Shown: positions 1 to 13,560 of the stretch, piece after piece
How the letters are laid out: each line of letters begins with the position of its first letter
Position numbering within the stretch: position 1 is the first letter of the stretch
Assembly (NCBI RefSeq): GCF_009914755.1
Contig: NC_060947.1
Length of the DNA: 64,000 bases
Strand: one strand, 5' to 3'
Origin: the human T2T-CHM13v2.0 reference genome, Homo sapiens
Translations under genes and position numbers: made by a program
Notes under the pieces: model-generated
Told to the model about the DNA's origin: nothing
Seen by the model: only the letters and a program-made list of their open reading frames with translations
Database searches by the model: none

Positions 1-477
1 ACACAAAAAGAGAAGACTAGGTGGAAGAGCCAGATAGTTATCCGAGAATCAAGATAGCTTAATAACACAAGCACCAAAGGAAGAATATTTCTAGATGGAG
101 ATGGTGGGTCAACTACCATGCTGCAGACAAGTGAGAAGGGACTTAGGACAAGGACGTTGTAGATGCCTTGCTGAGACATCTCAGTGAAATGGAAGGAGCA
201 GCAACAATATGCAATAGTTGAAGAGTAAGTAGGAGGAAGAAATTAAAGAAGGGAGGGTAGTAGATATGGCTCTCAGGAAGGGATTCTGTCATGTCTGTAT
301 CCGTAGCAGCTAGTACAAAGCCTGTCACATAGCAGCCACTCAACAAAGGACACTTAAAAATGAGTCACAGAAGTTTTAAACTTCCTTAGGTGAAACAACA
401 TAGCCTTTCCAACTCAATCTGTTTCAAGACTAAGGGACTGAAAGCCAGAAAAGGTAGGAGAAAGGAGAATGACTCAC

Positions 478-669
478 CTGATAACAAAGGCTTGATTTGC
501 TTAATTCTGGCAGCCATTGCTGGTGTGATTTTAGATTTGCCCTTAGAGTCTGAAGCAGTAGGTTCATCTGTCTCCATGGGAGCCAATGTGTCACCATCTA
601 GCCCAATGCCTTCTAATAAGCCCTGGGTAGAAGCATCCATACTTCCAGCTGCTCCATCCTGTTCCCCAT
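478..669 (-). CDS. HUWE1: HUWE1 coding exon 26, [10 protein letters not shown]...IKPLLS
   Basis: 192 nt, tag/gtgagt; lies in ORF 386..745. Confidence 0.96.
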
Positions 670-899
670 CTACAGATGTATAAGAGGGGAGCAATAGGAC
701 AATGTAGAGCCAACATTTACCTGGTTCCTTGAGAAGTACTGACAAGATTACCTATGGTTTTTGTTACTCTTTCAATTCCCATGGCTTCCTAAATTTGAAA
801 AACAAAAACACGACCCAAATATTTTACTGATATGCTCCTCTGGAGTTCTAAGTACCTAATGCTGACATCTTCAAATGACAGCATATGAATAGTATTAAC

Positions 900-1010
900 C
901 CAGGGCTACCTTGGAAGACTGTTGTAGGCACAGCCCAACCCAGGGGGTACCATTCACATGGACTACAGTGTGCACAGTACCCAATGCTGTCAATGTGGAT
1001 GCCCTACTAG
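900..1010. mobile_element. Possible MER91-like hAT DNA transposon relic
   Basis: ccattcacatggactacagtgtg resembles the MER91 core as I recall it. Confidence 0.35.
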
Positions 1011-1544
1011 AATGTTATAGCTTGTTAAGTTCAAACTAGACATCACAGATTACCACTGGACAATTTTATTTCCTAGCATTTAAGAATTATGTATATGAAT
1101 GTGACATGTGTCTTTTTCTTTGGTATATGCTTGCTCTTAGATCTAAGAATGAGCTTTATGCAAACTTATAAAACAAGTCACCAAGTTGTTCTCTTAACAT
1201 TCCAGAAAAACTGTGGAGAAGCTGAGTCGTTTTTGTTAAATGTGTTAAATTGCTAGAAAAAATATATCTGTTAGAGAGGCAATTCTTTGACAGTGAATCT
1301 AATTTCATTCTCAGTTCTTAGTCAATTTATTCTTTCCCTGAGTTAAATTTAGTATGTTTTGACTAAATTTGAAATTCTCATTTTGTCAGGTTTCTTTATA
1401 GTTTATTAATGTTATCCCATCCCTCACAATAACCAGCTGTCATATGTAAGTCCTTGTTTGTTGGTTCTAAGCCTATGTCAGCTTTATTAGTTCCTTAGAA
1501 ATTTCCCTTTCTAGTAATTTCTGTACAAGTTTTAAGCCTGATAC

Positions 1545-1843
1545 CTTTTTTTTTTTTTGGAGACAGGGTCTCGCTCTGTCATCTAGGCTTGAGTGCAGGG
1601 GTATACTCATGGCTCACCATAGCCTCAACTTCCTGGGCTCAAGCGATCCTCCCACCTCAGCCTCCCTAGTAGCTGGGACTACAGGCATGTACCACCATGG
1701 CCGGCTAATTTTTGTATTTTTTTTGTAGAGATAGAGTTTCGTCATGTTGCCCAAGCGGGTCTCGAACTCCTGGGCTCAAACGATTCACCTGCCTCAGCCT
1801 CCCAAAGTGTTGGGATTAGAGACGTGAGCCACTGTGCCTGGCC
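1545..1843 (-). mobile_element. Alu (AluJ-like)
   Basis: Poly-T then full dimer in reverse orientation. Confidence 0.93.
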
Positions 1844-1982
1844 TGATGCATTTTTATACACAGAATTATCTTCATTGCTTTCTTAATAGTTTATCCTTTT
1901 TTATTTCCTCATTGATACTGAACACCAGAGAAAAAACATTCTGGAAAAGTTGCTTGTATTCATTTTAGGTTTGTAGCATTAG

Positions 1983-2353
<371 letters not shown>

Positions 2354-2379
2354 TAATATAAAAGCAATCTTCTTTATAA

Positions 2380-2455
2380 AACAGCACTGTCGATAGAAAT
2401 ATAACATGAAACACATATATAATTTAAATTTTCTAGTAGCCACATTAAAAAGTAT
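2380..2455. mobile_element. MER3-like hAT-Charlie fragment
   Basis: gcactgtcgatagaaatataa...tttaaattttctagtagccacattaaaaagta. Confidence 0.6.
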
Positions 2456-2924
2456 TTGTTAATACCCTCTGATACAGTAATTTCTAGGAATCAATTTTAC
2501 ATTTGTAGAAAAGTAGATACAAAAATGTTCATTTTTTAAAAATAGCATATTAGAAACTTAACAGGGAATAGTTAATTCGTGTACCTTTATATGGTACCTA
2601 ACATTAAGTGAAGAAAGAGATCTACGAAATGTTTTTATCTAAGACACTGGCAAATGTATTCAGAGAAAAAAGACGGGCAGACACTTCCAAAATGTTTTTT
2701 TTTTTTTTTTGGTGGCAGAAATACGGGTAATTCTTTCAACTACATTTTCTAAATTTTACCATTATGTATATATGTTTTTATGGAAGAAATGACTAAAAAT
2801 TCGTGAGAGGATGAAAACTAGACTATGGATGATAGAACTAACTAAAAATTTTCATAATAAACCTATAAAGACGTAGGAACAAAACTTAGAAGTAATGACT
2901 AACATTTTAGTTTCTTAGAGTTAC

Positions 2925-3019
2925 CTGATCTTTTTCCGCCCTGGGTCGTACCTGCCTTCTCATCCTTTGGAACCAGTTTCTGCATATCTGCCTGGCCAAA
3001 TTCACACCCAGATGGTAGG
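2925..3019 (-). CDS. HUWE1: HUWE1 coding exon 25, [10 protein letters not shown]...TQGGKRS
   Basis: 95 nt, cag/gtaact; internal alternative donor after 2952. Confidence 0.95.
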
Positions 3020-3204
3020 CTGCAAAAAGAGAAATGCTGAGCAAAAGAAATATATATATATATATACTGATAATTCACCTCTTATATTGTAAATGGTCTC
3101 TAATTTGCTTGGCTGACACTATCCCTCCTATAGCAGGCAGGTTAAACTGAATGTAATAAAGCATCTATAATTCCTGAGGTAGCACCCCACAAGCTTTCCA
3201 ATTC

Positions 3205-3510
3205 TTTTTTTTTTCTTTTTTTTTTTTTGGAGACCCAGTCTCACTCTTTCGCCTGGGCTGGAGTGCAGTGGCATGATCTTGGGCTCACTGCAACCTCCAC
3301 CTCCGGGGTTCAAGCAATTCTCCTGCCTCAGCCTCCCAAATAGCTGGGATTACAGGCGCCCGCCATTACGCCCAGCTAATTTTTTGTATTTTTAGTAGAG
3401 ATGGGGTTTCACCATGTTGGCCAGGCTGGTCTCGAACACCTGACCTCTTGATTTGCCTACCTTGGCCTCCCAAAGTGCTGAGATTACAGGCGTGAGCCAC
3501 CGTGTCCAGC
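3205..3510 (-). mobile_element. Alu (AluS-like)
   Basis: Full dimer in reverse orientation. Confidence 0.94.
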
Positions 3511-3728
3511 CACAACTCAATTTTTTGTATCTGGCTAATAACAGGAACACATTTTAAACATCTACCATGACGACAAAGCATTTGTCATCAAGTTCCTAGG
3601 CTGGGAAGAGGGAAGGACAAGGAGGCCTCTGAACTCTCTTCCATACCCTCCTATCCCCAACCAAAGCAATCCTCCAGGCTCACCGAACTTAGATAACAAA
3701 GTAATAAGAGAGAGAGCCATTCTCTTAC

Positions 3729-3862
3729 CTGTTTGGGGTACACAGAGAGAGGAGGACAGTGCTTTCCCACACCAGGGAACAGTATAACTGGCTCAGCTTG
3801 CTCAAAACACTCAGACCCAATTGAGAGCCCCACTGGTTTACGGAGATGGAACGAATTTCACT
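3729..3862 (-). CDS. HUWE1: HUWE1 coding exon 24, [10 protein letters not shown]...LCTPN(S)
   Basis: 134 nt, cag/gtaaga, phase 0-2. Confidence 0.96.
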
Positions 3863-4949
3863 CTGCAATCATAACAAGAATTTCACCTTTGGGATGTTCT
3901 CTGAACAATTATACTTAAAAAAAAAAATTGACCTTCAACAGTTTTATAAGGGTAAGGGATTTTTCTTCATTGCTATTCTCAGAGTTATCCACCTCATCAA
4001 AATGTCCACACTCAAGACGACAGTTCCACAAGGTATCCTCTTACAATATTTACAAACTATTTCCACAACATCCGTTCTCATTGTTTTTTATAAAGTGAAA
4101 GAAAGGCATCAGAGGCTACTCTTTTTTTCTGAATCAAAGAAATGGTTTTACAGGTTCATTAACTACTTTCTAAATTATTTGGTAGGGGTATTATTATTTC
4201 CATTCAATTTCTTTACTTCAGTAAGTACCTAGATTTATTTAATTCCTTGAATGTTTCATTTTCATTTTATTTCATTTAATAAAGAAGTCATAAAAATCAA
4301 TCCCTAAGCTTTGTTAAGTAATTTAATTTTCTAAATCCTTTATACTTGTGCTTTTTTAAACTTCAGATTTGATTGATTCACAATTAACAGAGAACACACT
4401 CCTGCTCAATAGCATAAAACAGGGCTGTTGAACCCTGTTTTGTTTAATGTTGATACCATAAATCTTTAGAATCAATTATCTGAGGAATAAATGTAGTAAA
4501 ACTGTGAGGACATACACAAAATGCCTTCTTTCTGGAACTATGGATTATGGATTACAGGTCAAACGTTTGATATGTAGAAAATTTTTAGTAATTTGTTAAT
4601 TACTATTGATTTAAATGTTCTTTGGTAAAATGTCCTACCTATGCCATCCCATTATCAGACCTATAAGGACTGGTGGAAAGATTAGAAAGTACTAAGGCCA
4701 GATGAATACCCAATTGATGTTTGTCTGTAATAACATGTTTCGCTCTCAAGAAAGTCCACTTCATCACATAATAAGTTATATAGTCACTCAACTTTTTGAC
4801 AGTCAAAAAAATCTCATCCTAAATTGGACTGTTCTTTTAGCTGCTACCTCAGGCAGACCTCCTTTCAAGCATAGTAACCCTGCTAGGTGTATGCCCTAGA
4901 TATTTCACTGCCTTTAAATTAATATGTTCACCCCTAAGGTTATTTTTAC

Positions 4950-5195
4950 CTGTCCAACTCTGCAAGTATGAACAAACATCATGATGTAGGCATGGGCAGC
5001 AGTGAGTGCATGCAGCAGAGGTGTGGCCTGGGCTGAGAGGGTAGCATCAGCAACATTGCCTGCGCAAGCCAGTTCTCGCAACAACACTGAGCCCCCAGGG
5101 GATTCAATGGGGCGGTGTAAGGGCTCCAGGGAGGAGAGGATGGAGTCCAACTGAAGGAGACCCTCTTGAAGGACTTTGGGTTCATGTGACAGTGT
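4950..5195 (-). CDS. HUWE1: HUWE1 coding exon 23, [10 protein letters not shown]...TCRVGQ
   Basis: 246 nt, cag/gtaaaa. Confidence 0.96.
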
Positions 5196-5967
5196 CTGAA
5201 ACAGGAAGAATAATTAAAGTGTTAATATACAATGAACTTCAAATTCATCATGTCTTTTAATAGTCACAATGGAAGTGACAATTAAATGGAAGCCTCTCAG
5301 ATTTTGGATATGGCCATGGTCTCTCACCTGGTAAATGGTGGAACCCAAATATGAAGTCAGGTACAACATACCTTAACATCTCTTTCTAGAGCAACACACT
5401 ACTTTCAAACTTGGTGAGCCAATAACACTTAAAAGCTTATGATGGTCAAACTGAATACTGTTACGGCAAGGATTCTACACTATAGGATTAATTCCAAATT
5501 TTGCTCGATAGGAAACAATGTTAGGCAAAGTTCCAAAGCATGGAAGTGAGTCACTATTACACTGTTCTTTTCTTCTTAAAACAAAAGCGATTATTCTGAG
5601 ATAGGAATCAGGTAGGCAATTTGTTTTTATCAGACAACCCAAGGATTATACGACCCTTGTGATTTCCTCTCAAGTCTGGAGAAAAATCTGACAATAAAAC
5701 ACCATCACTTGCCATGCAAAGATAGGAGAAATCATGTGCCTTCCTATGGCTTTAAATAAATCTATCTATCCTTCCACAGCATCTTATAGGATATTTTCCC
5801 CTCTCTGTGATGAAGAGCATTTAATTCAATATTTCAAAGAGTAAAACAAAATAAACTAAATGAAGTCACGTCACAATTATGGATCTTTCCAAGTCTGTAA
5901 GCAAATGGATTTCTCATTCAGCAGGAATTACTTATCACTCTGCAGCCCAGCTAACAAAGGAGTTTCA

Positions 5968-7340
5968 CAGATTTAATGCAATCACTATCAAAATTCCAAT
6001 GCTGTTTTTTGTTTTGGTTTTGCAGAAATAGAAAAATCCCTTCTAAAATTTATATGAAATCTTAAGGGACCCCAAATAGCCAAAACAAGTTGGGGAAAAA
6101 TTTTTGGAGGTCTCACTCTTTTTGATTTCTATTACAAAGTTACAGTGATCAAAACTGTGATACTGGCATAAAGACAGACGTAAAGACCAATGGAATAGAA
6201 TAGAGAGCCCAGAATTAAATCTTCACATATATATGGTCAAATGATTTTTGACAAAGGTACCAAGACCATGCAATAGGAAAGGACAGACTTTTACCATATA
6301 AAAAATCTAATCAAAATGGATTAAAGACCTGAATATAAGAGCTAAGTTATAAAACTCCTAGAAGAAGCCACAGTGGGAAAGCTGCAAAACATCGGATTTG
6401 GCAATGGTTTTGTGGACACGACACCAAAAACACAGGTGTTTACACAGGCAACAAAAACAAAAAAAGAGAAGCTGAACTTTATCAAGATTAAAAATGTTTG
6501 TGAATCCAAAGACAACCAAGAAAAGGCAACTCACAGAACAGGAAAAATATATGCAAATCATATACCTGAGAAGAAATTAGTATCAGGTATTAATACGTGT
6601 ACAAGAATACACAACTCTTACAACTCAACAAAACAAATAACACGATTAAAAAAGAACAATGAATTTGAATAGACATTTCTACAAAGAAGATATATACATG
6701 GATAACAAGCACATGAAAAGATGTTCATTATCACTATGCATTAGGGAAATGCCAGTGAAAAACAAAATGAGATACACTTCCTACCCACCAGAATGGCTAT
6801 TATCAAAAAACAGAAAATAAGTATTGGCTAGGATGTGGGAAAATTAGAATTAAAAGTAGAGTCTCAAAGAGTTACATGTACATCCATGTTCACAGCATCA
6901 TTATTATTCACAACAGCCAAAAGGAGAAAGCAACCCAAGTGTCAATCAACAGATGAATGGATAAACAAAATGTGGTATATACACACAATGGAATATTATT
7001 AGGCCTTACAAGGGAAGGAAATTATGACACATGCTACATAATGGTTGAACCTTGAGGGCATTATGCTAAGTGAAAAAAGCCGGTCGCACATACAAAATAT
7101 TTTATGATCCCACTTATATAAGGTACCTAGAGTAGTCAAATTTAGAGACAAAAAATAGAATGGTAGTTGCCAAGGTCTGGGGAGAGGGGAGGATGAGAAG
7201 TTCAATGGCAGAATTTCATTTTTGCAAGATGAAAAGAGTTCTGGAGATTGGCTGCACATCAATATGAATACACATAACACTACTGAACTCTACACTTCAA
7301 AATGGTTAAGATGATACATTTCATGTTATGTGTAGTTTAC
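5968..7340 (+). mobile_element. Old L1 (L1M-type) 3' ORF2 and 3'UTR fragment
   Basis: agatttaatgcaatcactatcaaaattccaat, gaccaatggaatagaatagagagcccag, caacccaagtgtcaatcaacagatgaatggataaacaaaatgtgg. Confidence 0.9.
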
Positions 7341-7383
7341 CACTATGAAAAAATAAAGAAGCTTCATTTTTGGCAAAATATGA

Positions 7384-7520
7384 GCAATGAACTACCATGT
7401 CAATTATGCTTAAAATACATGACTATCGGGCTTGAAAAGGGGGGAATTAAGTATCGGCAATGAACTACATGTCAATTATGCTTAAAATACATGACTACCA
7501 AGCTTGAAAGGGGAGGAAAA
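7384..7520. repeat. Tandem duplication, period about 73 bp
   Basis: gcaatgaactac(c)atgtcaattatgcttaaaatacatgacta at 7384 and 7457. Confidence 0.9.
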
Positions 7521-7883
7521 TACATGGTTAAACATAACCATAAACATAAAATGTGTTTAAAATGCACCTATAACAAAGAAGGGAGAGGTACTAATAAAAC
7601 CCAACTAGAAAAGCTTTCTTGGAGATACACTTTTCCCTCCAATAAACTCTAATGATGTAGAACTACATACCCAACCGATGAACAAAGAAAAAATACTTTG
7701 ACTTTTCAATGAGAAATAACATGGCACACTATATATTAGTCACAAAATTCACTTATACAACATAACACAAATTTATTCATTATTTTTTAGTTGAAGGGAG
7801 ACCATAGTAAAAACATATATACAGAAGTATCGCAAAATTGATTTCCAGAAAGAAATGAAAACATTTGGCCAGATGCTTCTTAC

Positions 7884-8060
7884 CAATATGGATTTGCAGA
7901 CACCTGCAACAGCCTGACAGGCAGCAGATGTGGGAAAGTCAATGGGCAGATTGGGAAGACCCAAAATGGTAACCAAAGGCAACAGTCCTTTCTGATTCAC
8001 AAATTCCTGGCAGTGGTCATCTGTTGTATTGTTGCTCAGAATAGATTCCACAAATTTCAT
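7884..8060 (-). CDS. HUWE1: HUWE1 coding exon 22, [10 protein letters not shown]...VCKSIL
   Basis: 177 nt, tag/gtaaga. Confidence 0.96.
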
Positions 8061-8746
8061 CTAGGTAATAAAAATTTTTTAAAGAAGTTAGAGCCTGACA
8101 GGTGGAACTAAATGGCCAGCCTGGAATAAGGATGGGGTAGCCTTCTAGTCATGATATTAGTGTTTTCTATAGAGTATCAAAACCTCAGATAAACCAGATG
8201 TATGATACGGATTCTAAAACATCCAGGAAGTAAAGAATATCTACAATTTCTGCCCAATCTCCATTTTCAAGCACACCAAGAATCAGATATTTCGAGATAA
8301 CAGAGAAGTTAAGTGACTTGCTCAGGGCCACATTATGAATTAGTGGTACAATCATGTTTAATCTCTTAATTTGCTATTTAGTGCTCCTTGCCTACCTCTC
8401 TCCTGCAGGCAAACATCATGGAAAATTTCCCCCAAATGTGCTTATAATGCAAATGAAACGCATAATGCAAATGAAACACTGAACTCTGGAAGAGTTTGTT
8501 TCAAACAAAGAATTTTTTTAAGAGTAAAAAAGTAAAATGTGGGCAATAAACACACAGGCACAAGACAAACTATCTCTGGAAGTCTTGGAAGTGATTAGTA
8601 GGCTGAAACAAATGCTAAGAGGTCTCTCCCTTATTGGTAAACAATTCTGGGAAAATTCAAACTCTTCACTTTTTTGGTGAGATACCCAGGAAGTAATGGG
8701 AAAAAAGGGGGAAAATATATGTTGGACACATTTGGAAAACATATTA

Positions 8747-8929
8747 CAGGTTGTATATTTCATATTCGAAATGCTTGGGCACCATGAGTGTTTCAGATTT
8801 TTATTTTTGAATATTTGCATTATACAGTACAGGCTGAAAATGCTCCAGTGAGCATTTCCCTTCAGTGTTATGTTGGTACTCAAAAAGGTTCAAATTTTGG
8901 AGCATTTTGGATTTGGGATGATCAGCCTG
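8747..8929. mobile_element. MER46/Tigger4-type MITE
   Basis: TA-flanked TIRs caggttg...cagcctg; cgaaatgcttggg motif. Confidence 0.8.
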
Positions 8930-9212
8930 TACTAGACTGGCAAAACAAAACCTGTTACAGATTCCTGTCTGGATTCTAATGGAGAATGGTAACAGTGAAC
9001 AAAAAAATCTGGAATACAAAATAATGGGGCTTGTGTTGGCTAATTTCTGGCAAACCAGTCTAGAACAAAAACAAAAGGGTGGCACATCTTTCCCCTCTTA
9101 ATTGGATTCCAATTAAAATGAATACGGTAATTACTGGACTCTGATAACGAAACACATTTTCCAGAAAAGCACATATACATCTTTACTCAGTTTGCCCTGT
9201 GTTGAATCTTAC

Positions 9213-9270
9213 CACATTAAGGATGTAATCCATGAGGGGAATAGGAATACGTTCCTCTGTACCAACAACC
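9213..9270 (-). CDS. HUWE1: HUWE1 coding exon 21, (Q)[19 protein letters not shown]
   Basis: 58 nt, cag/gtaaga, phase 2-0. Confidence 0.95.
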
Positions 9271-9361
9271 CTGTTAGGGGAGAAAAGAGTGAGTTACACA
9301 GAAATTCACAATACCAATATTAAGAGAACAGAGGAGGAGGCACTGTATAAAATTCTAGGCC

Positions 9362-9474
9362 TTTTTCTATTTATTTATTTATTTGCTTATTTTTTTGAGA
9401 CAGGGTCTTGCTGTCACCCAGGCTGGAGTGCAGTGGCACAATCATGGCTCACTGCAGCCTTTGCTTCCCAGGCT
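9362..9474 (-). mobile_element. Alu monomer fragment
   Basis: gagacagggtcttgctgtcacccaggctggagtgcagtggc. Confidence 0.85.
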
Positions 9475-10507
9475 TATGGGGTAGAGATGAGCCTTTAGAC
9501 TCATATACCGCAGGAAAAAAACAGCTGAAATCAATCCTGAATCTACCTTTCCAAGCCTGACCAAGGTTGAAAGCATAAAGGGGACAACCAAGCCTTTAAA
9601 AACTCAACATTAGTATACATCACAAGAGAAGCTATCCTATCTTTGGCAAACTACTGTTAGGGAAATTTATCCACATGAGAACACTAAAAATAAGTTCAAT
9701 TAAAAGACTCAACATTTGCTTGAAGAAAGAGGCTAGACAAAGAAACACTTAAACATCATACGATGTTTTTGCATCACGTTTAAAGTTATGGAGAGTAGGA
9801 AATACAATTTAATTTAGTTCAAAGATTCATACACCTGAGGTCTCCCTTCCCTAACAATTGGTATTTGCAGCATGACAGTTCCTGAACTATCAAAAAACTG
9901 ATCAGGTCTTTTGTCTTTTCAGTTGCTTCAATATTGCACAGCAGATGAGAAGGCTACAACATGCCACAGCTGCAGAAAATGCAGCTCAATGCAAAAAACT
10001 ACACATATAGTATATTGTGATGAATCAAAATATACCTCTAAGATAAACCCCAGGAAGGAACAAATACTTTAGAAAATGGAGTATTTTGGACACAGGCCCT
10101 TGAAACAGATTTGGGCACAGGGTGCAGGAGAGCGGGATGGGGCAGAGACAGAGGGAGAGGTAGAGGAAGAAGACAAGAAAGTTGGCAAGAAGCTAGTAGT
10201 TCTCATCTTTGAGCAAGACAAAATGTAAACAAAGATTTGCCAGGCACAAGAACATTTGGCAGCAGAATATAGAACAGGAAAAGAGAGTGGAGAGGCATTA
10301 TGAATGACTTCAGTGACAAAAATACCCAGAACCAGGTTTGGGTAGGATGTTGTGAACCTCCTCAATGAAAAATGTGGGGAAGAACTTTGTAGAAAGGGAG
10401 TATACCTATAAGGCAAGACTGAAATGATTCCATGAGAAGACCACAAACCTTTCTTTAAGTTCCTCCTCAGAACCACTGCAGCATTCCATGTTACTTATAT
10501 CAATTAC

Positions 10508-10603
10508 CTATATAGATCCACCTCTATCGATAAGGAGTGCAGGTGTGGATCCCGCCCAGAGACACCCAACCCTTTGAAGAAGCCAGATATAATGGCAAAG
10601 AGC
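10508..10603 (-). CDS. Candidate in-frame 96-nt cassette exon (LFAIISGFFKGLGVSGRDPHLHSLSIEVDLYR)
   Basis: ttgattttactacttag| ... TAG|gtaatt; phase 2-2, open in the HUWE1 frame; no transcript evidence available. Confidence 0.35.
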   Translation of the reverse strand, partial: ALCHYIWLLQRVGCLWAGSTPALLIDRGGSI

Positions 10604-11945
10604 CTAAGTAGTAAAATCAAATGAGACCTATATGCCCCCTTCATTTGCTACATGGAAACTGGGGAGAAGAACAGAGAGAAAGCAAACCAATAGTGGTTCT
10701 TAATATAATTTCAGGAATAAATTTGTTCAGTAACCACTTTTCTCCTTCCCCTCATCTTTTGGCTCTCAGGCCCAAGAAGCCATACAGGAATAATCAAAAT
10801 GATCAACTCTTTCCAACAGGACTCAACTTACCAACTGATTTCAAGAAAAGTCCTTCTAAACTTCCTGTCTCTCTCCCTTTCCCCAAACATACACACATTC
10901 CCAAACTCTGGTCAATTTTCAGTATTTATGGTGGTGGAGCCCCAGCTCATGCCCCCATCAAAAGTAAAGGAGGATATCAATTTAGTGTCATAGTATGATG
11001 TATATGGGGTTTTTTGGGATGGGGGGATGGTCAGGTGCTTCCTCCAGCTTTTGAGGAGACAGCTGACTCTGACAAAGGAGCCCTCCCAGTGGGCCACATT
11101 TCAGGGAACAACTGCGTCTCTGCACTCATTGCCTTTAAATTCCAGACAATTGCTATTCAAGTTCTAAAGATGACAAAGACTTTATATAGTCCATTTCTTT
11201 CAAGCTGCTCATGAGTGGTGGGTGGTAAGCTAGGCACACTAATGCAATCAACCACAAAGTGAACCGTGATGCACCAACTACAAACCCTGGTTACTTAACT
11301 GCTAAGTATATTCATCCCCAGCAATATCAGATTTTCTGAGATCAAACAATTCAGAAGGCAGAAGAAAGGGGGCAAAAGACAGGTATTTAGAACTACTTGT
11401 GGTGAGTGAGTCTGAGTGTAGAAAGGCACCCCACGTACCTGGCGTAGACTATAGTGCCTAAGTTTCCTTACTCCAAATCTCCAGCACAAAACCATGTATT
11501 TCAAGAGTAAATACAAACACCATTTGCAAATACTAGCTGCTGATTTTGTAAAAAAAAAAAAAAAAAAAAAGAAAGGGTAGTGTCTAAGCCTGGAAAAAAC
11601 TCAGAAACCCAAGTCCATCAACAGGAAAATGGATAATCACTATACAATTATCACATAACAGAATACTACTCAGCAATGAAAAGTAACAAGTTGCTGACAG
11701 ATGCAATAACATGGATGAACCTCCAAAACACATCAAACAAAGAAGCTAGATACAAGAAGGTATATACGTCAGATATAATATACACATAAGACTTTATATG
11801 GTCATTTTATTTAAACATATTCTGGAATAGACATAATAATATGATGACAGAAGTAAGATGAGTAACAGTCTCAATTTTGGGCAGGGAAACTGGAAATGTA
11901 AAATCTGTATGGAAATCATACCTGAATTTAAACTGCTGATAAATT

Positions 11946-12398
<453 letters not shown>

Positions 12399-12864
12399 CT
12401 AAGCCCTTTCACCATATTGTGAGAAAGTACACAATTCCCCTATAACAATTGCCTGGGATAGAAGATAAAAAGAACTTTTGCTGTTAATATATTGTGGTTT
12501 TCAAAATGAAGCTAAGTTTAGACAGTCTCTTGCTTTTTCTTCCTTCCCTAATAATTTACTTAGTGACCCAATCTAGGCCTCTGAAGATGGCAAAAGTGAA
12601 AAAATGTATGTGTCAACATCTGTGAGACTCCTGGATTATCCAAATGAGGCAGTGATGAGCATCCAGAATGTAGAAAACTACTGATACTGGGGTACAGTAA
12701 CTACTAGAGTCCTCTGCATCTTAGAAGTTACATATAACTATCACTGTGGTAGAATATTAATGCTACTGGGTTTATATTTCTAATTTCTCTTCATTTTCAT
12801 TCATGTCTCATTAGGCCTAGCTCTCTAAGCATTTAAGACTTCAGGAATCCTTCATTTAAGGCTC

Positions 12865-13560
12865 TTTATTCATTTCAATAAACAAACCTACTGACTACCT
12901 ACTATATACAAAGTGATAGGGATACACTGGTGAATGAGGCAATGTCTTGCTCTTGAGGAGCTTATAGGTGAGTGAGGAAAACCATTAACATGTATGAATA
13001 ATTTTAACAAAACTGTTGGGAGAACACAAGATTGAGTTCTCATTTGGAGGTAAAAAACCAACCAACCAACCAACCAACCTACCTCCTTCAAGAATAAGAC
13101 ATTTGAACTAGCCTTACAGAAATCTGGTGGATGTAAAAGGAGGTGATGTGGGAATGGGGATGGCTGTGGATAGAACACAGTGATACATGATAGCCCAAGA
13201 AAGGAAAGGAGGGTAAGCAAATGAGGGTAGTGTGCTGATTAACTGTGTCAGCTTGAAATCTGGGCACATCAGATGTAAGGCATCTGGAAAATATCCAGGT
13301 AGGGACGTCACATGCAGATGAATATATATGAGCTTGAATTAAAACCACCACCACCTACACCTTAAAATTTTTCCTTATTTGTAGCCAGGAAAAGGAACCC
13401 CACACTCCAGTAGGGTCACTGACATTCAAGGGTGTGACAAAGGAAGCACTAAGACTCGTCTACAAAAAAAAGTCGTGCTTTTTTCCAGGGTGTCCTCCTC
13501 TTCTAGAAAAAGAACATTTAAAAGAGAACAAAAGATACTGCTAGAATGAAGATAGGTTTG
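12865..13560 (-). mobile_element. L2 fragment
   Basis: attcatttcaataaacaaacctactgactacctactat (reverse L2 3' end) and a purine-rich L2 body. Confidence 0.65.

Noticed and set aside
6373-6672. 99-aa lysine-rich plus-strand ORF, and similar ORFs at 56181 and 59524
   Set aside because: Decayed L1 ORF2 remnants.
9835-9881. Possible 47-nt exon (ttcag|...CAG|gtgtat)
   Set aside because: Weak donor. It is in frame only when combined with another unsupported exon, and the product is not protein-like.
10069-10476. 135-aa minus-strand ORF in the repeat-poor intron segment
   Set aside because: Non-ATG start, no recognisable domain, Ser/Phe/Leu bias from pyrimidine-rich DNA, and weak splice signals.
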